A program made the position numbers and the translations under genes. A DNA stretch of 64,000 nucleotides from NCBI GenBank assembly GCA_048013815.1, contig CM106586.1:13702001-13766000 (forward strand), read 5' to 3'. Positions 10,101-20,181 of this stretch are shown one piece after another. The stretch is from Setoptus koraiensis. Taxonomy: Eukaryota > Animalia > Arthropoda. The stretch's first letter is position 1; each line of letters begins with the position of its first letter. A model generated the notes under the pieces. That model saw only the letters and a program-made list of their open reading frames with translations. It was not told the DNA's origin and made no database searches.

Positions 10101-11970
10101 TAAGCTCAAGAACATACTAATTAACCCACCGATATTAGTCCACTACGACTACAATGCAGAACATGAGCTGAGAACAGACGCTTGTCATTACGGAATAGGA
10201 GCAGTTCTTATTCAAATCTCAGACAAACAAAACAAATCTGGAGTGATAGCTTATGTCAGTCGAATTTTGAAGAACGCCGAACTAAACTACGGTATTAGCG
10301 AGAAAGAATGCCTAGCTGTCATTTACGCTACATCTAAACTGAGACATTATTTGTATGGAAAACATTTCACAATTGTCACTGACCATTGCAGCCTATGTGT
10401 TCTCAAGAATATTGGCAATCCAACTGGACGATTGGCAAGATGGAGTTTGAAAATGCAACAGATGGAATATTCAGTTAAATACAAATCAGGAAAACTTCAT
10501 CACGATGCTGACTGTATGTCTAGATTTGCAACAGAAACTCATGATGAGCCAGGCTCACCATCAGATGAAGCGGATGACATACCGACGCTGACTATCAATT
10601 GGCTAGAGAACGAATCAAACATTGATATCCGAGAAGAACAAAGAACAGATGACTTTGCCAAAAGATACATAGATATCTTAGAGAGTGATTCTACTAGAAG
10701 ACAGAAGAACAGACTAGCTAGAAATTACCTGATACTCGATGGCATACTGCATAAGCGTATATCGAGAAAACAGACCAATAGTTATGTCATCGTTGTCCCT
10801 CAGAAATTGGTTGACCTCATCCTAAGAGAGATGCATGATAGAATATCAGCAGGTCATTTCGGTATTAGAAGAACATACAAAGCAATAGCATCAAAGTATT
10901 GGTGGAACGATATGTACAAGAACATCAAAGACTACGTATCCAACTGCGATGCTTGCCAGCGACGTAAAGCGACTAATCAACCGAGAAACGGATATGACCA
11001 ACCAATTAAGATATCTGACCGTCCTTTCGAACAGATTGGTGTAGACCTATTAGGCCCAATAAATCCACCAACAGATAGAGGAAACACTCATATCATTGTC
11101 ATGACAGACCATTATTCTAAGTTTGTAATTGCTGAACCATTAGATGATACGTCATCTGAGACGATCAATGATACCATACAGAGAAGACTCTTTAACATCT
11201 TCGGTACTCCTAGAGTTATCATTACCGACAGAGGCCCAAATTTGGTTTCATGGGAAAGCAAACAATTCTTCAGTATGTTCAAAGTGGAACGAGTAACCAC
11301 AACTGCATACAATCCAGAAGCAAACGGACAAACTGAAAGGTACAATCGCGTTCTTTGTGACCAACTCACTATCTATACAGGTGACAATAAGAAAGACTGG
11401 GATCTGCACGTCTTGGACCTGGTCCATGCTTACAACATCTCGTATCACGAAGTCACTAAGAAATCCCCATACGAAGTTGTTTTTGGTCAACAAGCTAGAA
11501 CTGCCTTAGATAATCTCATGTTCAAGGATATCTACACAGATGATATCAATACCTATACACACAGATTTGAAAATATGCAGAAAAACATCAAAGACTTCAT
11601 ATACAAAAATCAATACAGAAACAAACAACGTCTTGACTCGAAAAGAACTCATTTCAAGTATCAAGTAGGTGATATTGTTCTACTCCAAAGAGGTGCTGAG
11701 CATGGTAAACTGTCGAACCGCCGCACTGGACCTTACAAAATCATTAAGGCGATAGGAGAGCTCGAGTTGGATTACGAAATTCAACACGTAAACAATATTA
11801 ACGACGTACAAATCGTTCACGTTAAAAGATTATCACCTTACAGAGCAAGAGACGTCTCCAACATACAGTTAGAACACAATTACGGCAACCAGGTTGCCCA
11901 AACAGCTGACGAACCAACAAATAATACTCACAGCAGAGACACGCAAACCACGTGTGCTACACAACAATAA
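7132..11970 (+). CDS. Gag-Pol polyprotein, single 1612-aa ORF
   Basis: Capsid-like LPDFSGE...AHAYW; CCHC knuckle CAKCHKTGHWAKEC; protease LDSGA; RT PWAFPVVLV, IDYRKLN, MPFGLMNAP, YFDD; RNase H TDAC, SEKECLA, TDH, ADCMSR; integrase HHCC, VDLLGP, TDRG, NGQTER; C-terminal GPY motif. Confidence 0.98.
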   Translation: MSSDENNDKSGVQDSINEEKVEQTIADKLTETVLGKLGGLLREQFQTLNQRIEAIEKSNANASTLIDTTYYDADQTRKAQNRTSTTKKSGSDPKQPERLNECDESDSSSIISNVSQDVRPTFIIANTTVIPLPDFSGERQDARKWLRGYEQACQMNNYSDHQKIQYVGSCMKTPKAHAYWVTEVEDTGIDWTRFKQTFLEDHTDNNIKIEQLTKLCNARQYSEETPIEFYTRVRKLCKDYDRYLPDDRVIEYIMKGLKIQYANYVRESTGSLSKLKDSLKSIRTLKNRERPDDKTNKSPRKEAREQLKKDECAKCHKTGHWAKECPENKKPNDQPDNKSTAKDKMKLKVNQVHTNDESESDKESSTEEDTKSVNSETECNTETVSDDSENNINMIQNNEQIAISKLNNMSKYLRQFGEIKVDVKINNIKECLQLDSGAGMTVINKTKAINTKLTILDWDHKPFRAFNNGTVTPLGYSSAVFEYDGQRNCLIVAIVGDEFDSLLGRDFIRVFNIPIGRNGKISPGEDDIAILKQDFSGSETDEDEEVKISVKTEILLEPFEMKAVEVERSDDSLCKIEMNGLQTNEIKGLFVSPGTTEKEKTFRIFIQNRSEQPNILFVKQVMATGRHINPEPYKPDDSDIIINSLSTILATSTQHKDRKSILEPMLKMDDRLSVDQVDEMKKGILLYSDVFSISPTDLGHVKITKHKIETGDSRPIALKPYRMAHKEKEIFRTMLDDMLNAKVVRPSKSPWAFPVVLVDKPDGSKRCCIDYRKLNAITVPDRYPIPHCDEALELMSGMNYFSKLDITSMYWQIAMDENDIEKTSFTTPFGCYEFVVMPFGLMNAPATAVRLMNTVLNGMNGEYVFVYFDDILIFSETFEEHLIHVQHVLMALREYNIKLKPTKCSFGLASTSFLGNHISSVGIKPDPERSSDVEKFEQPKNVTQVKSFLGLCNYYRRFVKNFAMIAKPMNDLTKKNIKFQWDLSCQAAFDKLKNILINPPILVHYDYNAEHELRTDACHYGIGAVLIQISDKQNKSGVIAYVSRILKNAELNYGISEKECLAVIYATSKLRHYLYGKHFTIVTDHCSLCVLKNIGNPTGRLARWSLKMQQMEYSVKYKSGKLHHDADCMSRFATETHDEPGSPSDEADDIPTLTINWLENESNIDIREEQRTDDFAKRYIDILESDSTRRQKNRLARNYLILDGILHKRISRKQTNSYVIVVPQKLVDLILREMHDRISAGHFGIRRTYKAIASKYWWNDMYKNIKDYVSNCDACQRRKATNQPRNGYDQPIKISDRPFEQIGVDLLGPINPPTDRGNTHIIVMTDHYSKFVIAEPLDDTSSETINDTIQRRLFNIFGTPRVIITDRGPNLVSWESKQFFSMFKVERVTTTAYNPEANGQTERYNRVLCDQLTIYTGDNKKDWDLHVLDLVHAYNISYHEVTKKSPYEVVFGQQARTALDNLMFKDIYTDDINTYTHRFENMQKNIKDFIYKNQYRNKQRLDSKRTHFKYQVGDIVLLQRGAEHGKLSNRRTGPYKIIKAIGELELDYEIQHVNNINDVQIVHVKRLSPYRARDVSNIQLEHNYGNQVAQTADEPTNNTHSRDTQTTCATQQ

Positions 11971-12214
11971 ACAAATACCAACAGCAACATATAATAACAA
12001 TATTCAACAGGCAACGTACAATTCCATTCATCAAACAACCACATTTAATTAAAGATAACATTTCAGAAAACAGAAAATAAATAGGAACCAGGTTCCACAG
12101 GACAGTTAACAAAACCATTATTATAACCAACAACTAACAGGAATAACAGGAATATAATAATCAACACAAACAGGCTAAAAATATATTAATAGGAACCAGG
12201 TTCCCAACAGCATC

Positions 12215-13171
12215 ATGACACAACAATCTGAACACACAATAGAATTCATAGAAGGAACGAAAGAAACTCACCCTGAGTGGTTCGGAGACCTGATAACAGG
12301 AGGAAAAGGATTCCAACTTGGTTACAAATCGGACGAATTTATCAACGAATCACTTGCAGAAAGATATGCTTGTCGCATTTGTTCAGACGTTGAACCAAAT
12401 TCATTTAGACATATTGCAACACCTGGTGTTTATCTAAAAGAAAATGGAGCAAGAATGAGTGCCTGCGAAGCAATTTATTGTCGAAACTGCACCCACAACA
12501 TCTTGTACACTAATGCAGTGGACGATAGTGGAAATCGTGTACCAACATTTGAGTTACAACCGGTGAACTGCCCACTTAGATGCGGAATACCGTTTAGTTA
12601 TTCAACATTGACGTACCTCAATAAACAGGACAGACAACTCATCTTCGATGACCTAACAATGCGATGTGAAAAATGTAATGGTATACACACTAACAGACAA
12701 ATGTACAATTGTGATTGCCCGGCAATCAGAGGCCACTCAAGTCAAAGCCAACAAAAAGAAGAGTCATCACCATCTGAGCTAGATATTCTCTGTGCTGACA
12801 GATTGAAAGGACTTCATCTAGGGCGATCCAATAATCGACGAGCAACACCACGTCCATCTAATGCTAATTTAGACAGCAGATCACGATCGTTTATCATACG
12901 AAGAGGTACCGAAGATAAACTGACCATTGACAGCCACATGGACGAACCAATTGTTGACCTTAAAAAGAGAGTAGCAGAAGGCCTAAACATGGAAGCTTCG
13001 AAATTCAAGCTTATCCTGTTCCAACACGTCGATCTAGATAAATTAGATACAGTTAAACAACTGAACACCGGACCAAGAAACGTTTGGCTGACTATGCTGC
13101 CGAAGAAATTATGGCCAGCTGATGGACAAACACTGGATCTTGCAGTTCGTAATATCGGTCCAACCATATGA
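12215..13171 (+). CDS. Retrotransposon accessory ORF (318 aa): RING-like finger, second Cys finger and C-terminal ubiquitin-like domain; not an envelope
   Basis: C53xxC56...C84xAxYC89xxC92...C119PxxC123 with a TRAF-like GY-x4-F lead-in. Second finger C151xxC154...C166xC168. Residues about 225-295 follow the ubiquitin beta-grasp pattern by eye. No signal peptide or transmembrane segment. Lies inside the LTRs, before the PPT. Confidence 0.85.
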   Translation: MTQQSEHTIEFIEGTKETHPEWFGDLITGGKGFQLGYKSDEFINESLAERYACRICSDVEPNSFRHIATPGVYLKENGARMSACEAIYCRNCTHNILYTNAVDDSGNRVPTFELQPVNCPLRCGIPFSYSTLTYLNKQDRQLIFDDLTMRCEKCNGIHTNRQMYNCDCPAIRGHSSQSQQKEESSPSELDILCADRLKGLHLGRSNNRRATPRPSNANLDSRSRSFIIRRGTEDKLTIDSHMDEPIVDLKKRVAEGLNMEASKFKLILFQHVDLDKLDTVKQLNTGPRNVWLTMLPKKLWPADGQTLDLAVRNIGPTI

Positions 13172-13247
13172 ATGAGGAGCCAGGCTCCTTCGAACAACCA
13201 GTCGCACCAAAATCTTAACTCTTTCGTCTGGTATCCGAAAATAAACT

Positions 13248-13256
13248 GGGGGGAGA
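13248..13256 (+). promoter_or_regulatory. Polypurine tract
   Basis: GGGGGGAGA immediately 5' of the 3' LTR. Confidence 0.85.
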
Positions 13257-13525
13257 TGTAACGACCCGTTCCGTGCCGCTACTATTCACGCACACTCCAA
13301 CTGACACACCCACTGACACACCCCTTTCCCGACCACAAACACGCTACAGTTCATCATAACCCACTTCCTGTTCACACAATATATATTACACACACAGTTA
13401 CCAATAAAGATCACTCTTACGTTAGCCTTAAGACAATACACAACTCGCTATTTGCCTAATTATTTATATAAAGAACTCTCGCGTTCGTTGTCTAGATATC
13501 ACCCGACATCAACCACAACGTTACA
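13257..13525 (+). repeat. 3' LTR
   Basis: Direct repeat of 6569-6837. Confidence 0.97.
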
Positions 13526-14331
13526 AACCTCACAATAAACACAGTTGTGGGGCGTGTGAGCGTGTCCAGTAAAACGCCCTCTATCAACTGGTACCTGAGT
13601 TACTCATATGGCGAAGCTCTTAGGGTGTTCTTTTAAAAATAAAATCGCGCAGTTGGCTTTTAAGCTTTGAGCCGCAGTTAGCATTCGCCATTTCCCAGCC
13701 GCACCGCGAACTTGTCCATTTAAAAGTTGATTCGATCGCAATTATTTTCCCAGTACAGTAATGTGTGTGCAACAGTTTACTATAAGAAAAAGTTAGATAA
13801 CGAGTTTTCGAGCCTGCTATCTCAATACTGTATGATTATGGTGGCATTTCTGGTGTTACATGGTAACAACAACATGTAACAAGCCCGAGACTGAGAGACG
13901 CACAGCCGAATGCTCCATGCTGACGCAATTTGTTATCCATGTGCGTTTGTTGTTCAATGGCGTGAGCACATGCAATAAGAACGGTTCCATGCCTTTTCGT
14001 CGATAGATGTCTTGATCGAGTTTTTCTATCTCCTCTTTCTCTTTAGTCACACTGAAGGGGAGGGAGTGAGAGGCCGCATAGTGAAGCTGGGAGGCTACGC
14101 CCCTCAGTGCAATAAAATGACGACTAAGTGGTGGGTAGACTAGCAAGGACGATAAATCGCCCAGCTCAAGGTTGTGAGTGGGCACACTAAAGCGAGAGAG
14201 GGAGCGGAATTTAGTTGCATGGGCACAAGGGTGATGTGAGGTGCAAGTAAAGGGAGTTTTCCGAGTGTCTGGCCGTGTCGACGAAAAGAGAGAGAGAGAG
14301 AGAGAGAGAGAGCCCTACACCAATGAAAACA

Positions 14332-15334
14332 TCGATTCGATGTTAGTCGTTGTTCGATGACATAGAATAGCAAATCGAATTGTGCGCAGACAGACAAACA
14401 GTTAAAACATATGGAGCATTAGCTAGCGGAGTGCGAATTGGCACAGATTCAACAAACACACACAGACAGACACGCACAGACAGGCGGAGAGTGTGCAAAA
14501 CGCAATACTCCGCCATGTACAAATGGTGGTGTGAGTGAGAACAGGGTCTGCATTACAGAGAGACAGGGTCCATCTTGTTTTTGTTTCACATCATCGTTAT
14601 TATTTTACATTGGATTTTGCACCCTCGCTTTGTGTCGCCATTTTCGATTCTATTTGTTCTATATTCTGCACACTGGATTACACACAAATGAGCCCACCAG
14701 AACGACCAACGGAATTCTAGATCATAGTTCGAATTTGGTTCCAATATTCGCTAGGCCTGGATACATATTATCACATCGTCGCCACTAACTGGTAGTAGCT
14801 AATTCAGCATAGATTCAATTGGAACACCTAGTATATATTACTAAATAATTACTACATTGATGCTAACTCTCATCGCGACCACAATATTTCAGAAATATCT
14901 CGGGATAAGCCTCAATTTAGACCATTTTTATTATTCGATCAATTGATTGTCTATAACTGTTATTACATTCAGCTTGAGATCAATCTGAGTCACACCATCG
15001 ATATTAACCCGAATCGCTGGATAATAGTAATAATATTGAATATCATCAATAAGCTAGCCCATAGGGATACAGAGCTACAGGCGGCGTCATTAAATTGACT
15101 CAACCACTTTACAATAATAAGGGAGGCGCTTATTATTGCAACACAATTACATAACAACAAACACAGTTGAACGTGCGCCTTTGCTGGCCCGGAGTGCTGG
15201 TGGATATTTCCAGTTATTGCTGACTGTATGTATTACACACTATAAACCAAGTCTGTCTTATTTGACTACGCACCCAGTTTCCTGCCGTGCCGATGCCGTT
15301 CGACTAGCTCGCTCAATACTCTCTGTCTAGTATT

Positions 15335-15365
<31 letters not shown>

Positions 15366-18300
15366 CACACACACACACACACTTTTGGAACTATCGATGA
15401 GAACTTCATTATTAACAGAATCTAATTAGGCTGTAATAATTATAATAATTTATGTTGCGCAACAACACGACTACAAGTATTCCCACAGGCAAATAAACTA
15501 AGGCATAGACTCATATTAGATAGCTGATCCATTAAACTAACACCGTGTAATTCTTATCTCATCAAACAACTATCACCTATTAATCCATCCAGTCGTTCAT
15601 TGATGAGGCACACTCAAGTATCTTCAATCAAGCCTGTTTTCTAACAACACGTTACAGGTAATGCTGTTGTAGTTCTACAATAGCTTTTCAATTTAAAAAT
15701 CTTTTGGAGCCGAAACAGGGAACATCGTCTAGAACATTGGAGCAAATCGCCATCTTTTGGGATATCGTTACTCACTCAACATTAGGCATATGTCACGTTT
15801 ATCACAAGCATGACGACGATGATATTTTAAGCTCGCTAATCTCCAAATAGAAGTTTTTTGTTGAAAATTCATAAGTGCAATCGTCACATTACATCAAATC
15901 TTCACAGTTAGTAAACAAATTGCTTTTCCAAGCCAGATACATAGATAGTCTGCGCCTCCATCTGGAACATGCAGTCAGCGCAGGCTCGACCACACTATTA
16001 GTCATACAACAGCTACACTGATTTTGTTGCAGCAGTCAGTCAGTCAATCAGACGACACGACACCAAAGCGGCTTGGGCAAACATTAAATCGGTATAAAAA
16101 TGATTATCATCTTACTGCTGTTTAATTGTTTATATTGATGATTATCATGATATCATCACTACTAGCTAGCTCCAACCAATGCTCAATTTACCACAATTCA
16201 CTACTATCAACAACGACAATATTGGCCATATTATTTTGGATGGTGAAAACATTGAACTATCACAAACTTGCAAGCTGTGATTGTTGTTAGTAGTTTGATG
16301 AACCACTACATCATCGATAATACAAGTAAGTTGATCAATTGAATATATCTCAACTCAATTTCTATCAGCAACATAGATAAATCTCAACTAGTATTCGATG
16401 TATCTTTCTCTTTCTTGCTAAAGCGTATGGTCTCCGAAGTGGCGTTAACTCGGACACTTCCTCTTTCAATCTTCAATTGCCAACTATATCATATAACCAA
16501 TATGCTCATTCGAAGATGACATCTGAACAAAAACTATCAGAAACTTTCTTCCTCCAGTGAAGTGATCTATCCGACATATGGACAACAGATATCCATGCGT
16601 GATCATCACACAAGTGCATTAACAAATAACTAATCATTGTCTACAGACACATCCTTCTGCTAAAAGTTCGAATCAGAAAAACAAAAGAAGCACACACCCA
16701 TGAAAGGATAATCTATTTCTTTTGTACTTTGACTGGGATAGGCAACCAAATCTAGATACAGTGCAATCATTTTTTTCTCAAATTTTCAAAACGGCTGTAC
16801 ACGCTGATACTGACCAAGCCACTCGAGAAACCTTGAGTGGTTCGATTGACGAAAGTGATTGGCATACCAAATGTGAAGAGTGTGATACAACTGTTATTGA
16901 CGGTCCACTTACGAATATCAGTTCAATTTCACATAAAACTATACCTTTCAAGATTGAGCATCAACTGAAGAAATGTAAACAAGTACAAAAAACAACTTTG
17001 TCTAATAACGGATCACAATCAAACCAAGATGTAGTATCTGAGGAAGGGACCAGCTCCGTCATTGACGGACCAATAAAATGTGGGTCCAACTGGGACAGTC
17101 CAGGAAAAAACAGCGACGAACGAATGATCACATCTAGATCAGAATTTGTGAGACAAGTTAACGACAGTTGCGATGCTCGTGATCAAAACAAAATAAGTGA
17201 CAAAAGTGAATCTGAATTGTCTCACAAGCACTTCAATTACCCTCCGAGTGATAACCAACCACCTTCAGTTAGTGATAATAAACTAGTTATGGGGCCCACT
17301 AAGTTTGAGCCAAATTTTACTGGTGATGACGGTTCATTGATATTTCAAAGCAATAAATCCAGAGTATCTGACTACTCTACCGCTCACAACGTTGTTAGTA
17401 TGAAATGTGTATCGTCTTCAGCCCCTCAAGATGTGCCTGTCGTCACAATAAATGATTTGAAAAAGAAGACTATTGATCCAAAAGACGCTAATCCATCAAC
17501 TAATTGGATCACAGACCTACAAGATTTTAACATTAGATATGATTTCAGATGCCGCTCCATTCAGACCGACCATCTCAAGACATCTACCATAAAAGATGTA
17601 CCTAGTCGTCGAGCATCATCTCTAACTTCAAACGCGTCATCTCAACCATCTGCACCGTTACTGGGGAATCTTGAAGTAAGTCTTCATTTGTCTGAAGTTC
17701 AGACTCTGAACAGCTCTTCATCGATCTCGAAAGTTAGAGGTGTTTTCCGATCAACCACTGCCATGATACGTTCAATTTATTTAACTTGTCTACTCTTTTG
17801 AAATCACTTTACAACCAAATCCATATCATGATTGTCATACTTAGGAAAATATTCTCAACCGGAGACTAGCACCCGTTCAAACTGTGGATGGATTTAGAGC
17901 TGAGATTAGAGCAAGTGGCTCATTTTGCCCTAGACCATTATCATCACCAGTGACTGTTTCATTCTATTGTATCGGGGACAGCTTTCCATATCTAGGTCAA
18001 CTTCATTTAGGAGACAAAGGCTATCACATACCACGCAAAGGTACACTCCAAGTCACGTTGTTCAATCCATTAGGAACTGTGGTAAAGATGTTTATAGTCT
18101 TTTTCGATTTGTCGGATATGCCAGCAAATTCACAAACCTTCCTCCGCCAGAGAACTCTCTATATGCCCAACTCATTGGGAATTCAAACTTCGATTAATAG
18201 TCATGATCCAGAGAATATTCGAAGAGTCAGATACATAATACATTTAAGGTGGGTCCGACTCACCTTTATAGGTAGAGGTTCATCATAGTGACATATGTTT

Positions 18301-20181
18301 TAATGCAAACTAATGTGCCTGAACTAGCTCTCTAATGTTAACCTAAATACATGCTAATATTTATTTTTCATCGAAAACTTTTTCTCATAGATTTGTCAGC
18401 TCTAAATCTGGAAGGATTTATCTAAATGAAGACGTGAGAATCTACATTTCTAGAAAGAGTGATCTCGACGCTGCCACAAGGATGATGACGGATCAAACCC
18501 ATGAACTACGATCATTCGATGAATATCCTGAGAGTCCTAGATTTTCCACCAGATCATGACCTCCGCCGCTACTTTACAACAAACGATATCCAAAACAAAG
18601 CGGATGCTCTTACGTTATTATAGGTTTTTTTCAAATTGATTTCCAATCATATATATTGGAATAATAGAAATGATACTTCGAACCTACTGACGGAAGCACT
18701 GTACCGGCAATCGATTGTATCCCTCAGCTAGCCACAAAGTATACCTTTTCCATATTCAGAATGGTATTCATAGTGATTTTTACTTCGATATTGAAACGCC
18801 AAACGGTACTGTCACTCATAACAAACTGAGTTCGATACATAGTACAAGCTAGAAATTTCGCCGAAATGTTTCCATGAGAATATCTATGCAACTGTCAGTT
18901 CTATACTGGAAGACTAACCGAAAATTGTAAATAGTTATCAACCGTTTAGTTCATTAATAATCCTACTATGTCTAGACTTACAAATATATAATCTAACAAG
19001 TATATAGTATAACAGATATCGTGCACATTTTTAACGCCGATACAATATTACTACATAAAAAAAGAATGTTACTATTTGCATATATTGCAAATACAAAAAG
19101 AAATTATTAGCCATTGATTGTGTTCGAAAGAGATAAGTATCCTAGCTAGGATAAAGGGTGAGCGGCGTGAAAATGTGCCTGGTATCTGGATTTGAAAACC
19201 CCCTCAATAGGATGTCATTTTGAGAGTATACCTGATTAGGTGGTACCCGGATATTTAGTTCTGTTTACACTATAATTGTTCCAATATATTCTTGACTTCG
19301 CAATGCTTCTCTCTCAAGAATTGTAACTCGATGTTGTAGAGTTGTTCTGCTTCTTTTATGTTAGTGCATGAGATAAATTCTTTTAGTCTTGATCTAGTCT
19401 CATCAATGAATGCCAGTAACTTTGAAGCCTCGTCTCGAGATTTAAAATCATTTTTCAGCAAAAAGTACTTGAAGGTTATGAGATCCATTGATTCTTTTAC
19501 AACTTCGAACGATATAGGACCATGAATTCTAATTAAATAGTCGATATGTTCATTCAAACAATCTAGCGCTAGTTGGAATTCTTTGGTCAACTTAAAATAT
19601 TCATAAAGTCCTTTTCGGACCTCTACCATGACAGGATTTTTCCAGTAGACTAAATCGGAAATCTTTTGTTTGCATTCCATCAGCTTCTTCGACTTTTGGG
19701 TGTTGCTTGACATGTGCTGGTTGGAAGTTTCGATTGAGAGCCATTTTCTCAATTCTCCTATTTGTTCCAGTCTAAGTTTGACATCGAGCTTGGTGGATTT
19801 ACATTTCATGCAAGCAGAAGTATAATCTCTATTATATATAACAGGACCTTCGCATGAGGAACACTGCAAAGCCTTCGTTTCGTCCTCCTCGTTATTAGAG
19901 CAAGCATGACATGAGCAATCAAAATAATATTGACTTTTCAGTCTTGATTGGCGATCTTTTTTCGACATACTACGAACCGAAGGCCCGTAACAGTAACAGA
20001 CTTCGTCTCCAGGTTGTATGCTCCCACCAGCTCGCACTATCATCTTGTTGTTTTGGAACATGGTCAATACATTCGGCCTACAGCTGTGATTGAGTAAACT
20101 AATCGTTGCATATATTGCAATTCCGATTGGTTTTTCGACCACATCTGAGGTTTCAGTTGATAATTCATGAAATTGTTGATC
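14332..20181. repeat. Copy 2 of the duplicated segment
   Basis: Matches 1-5850 at offset 14331. Confidence 0.97.
16722..18559 (+). CDS. Atos: Atos homolog, copy 2. Exons about 16722-17675, 17845-18248, 18391-18559; 5' end unresolved
   Basis: Same as copy 1; one synonymous difference seen (ACA/ACG at 3726/18057). Confidence 0.9.

Larger units (their letters stand above)
6569..13525 (+). mobile_element. Full-length Ty3/Gypsy LTR retrotransposon (6957 bp) with an extra 3' ORF
   Basis: Two 269-bp LTRs, PBS-like TGG motif after the 5' LTR, PPT before the 3' LTR, and intact gag-pol in PR-RT-RH-IN order. Confidence 0.98.

Noticed and set aside
12215-13171. ORF2 as a retroviral-type env
   Set aside because: No signal peptide, furin site or transmembrane anchor; the Cys pattern is intracellular zinc-finger type.
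7162-13189. CCWGG palindromes as a Dcm-related sequencing artefact
   Set aside because: Such errors do not create symmetric arms. Seven sites have non-CCWGG centres, both ORFs stay intact, and the host CCWGG sites checked are unaffected.
13856-14397. Minus-strand ORFs of 109 and 85 aa
   Set aside because: No recognisable domain; one runs through a (GA)n tract.
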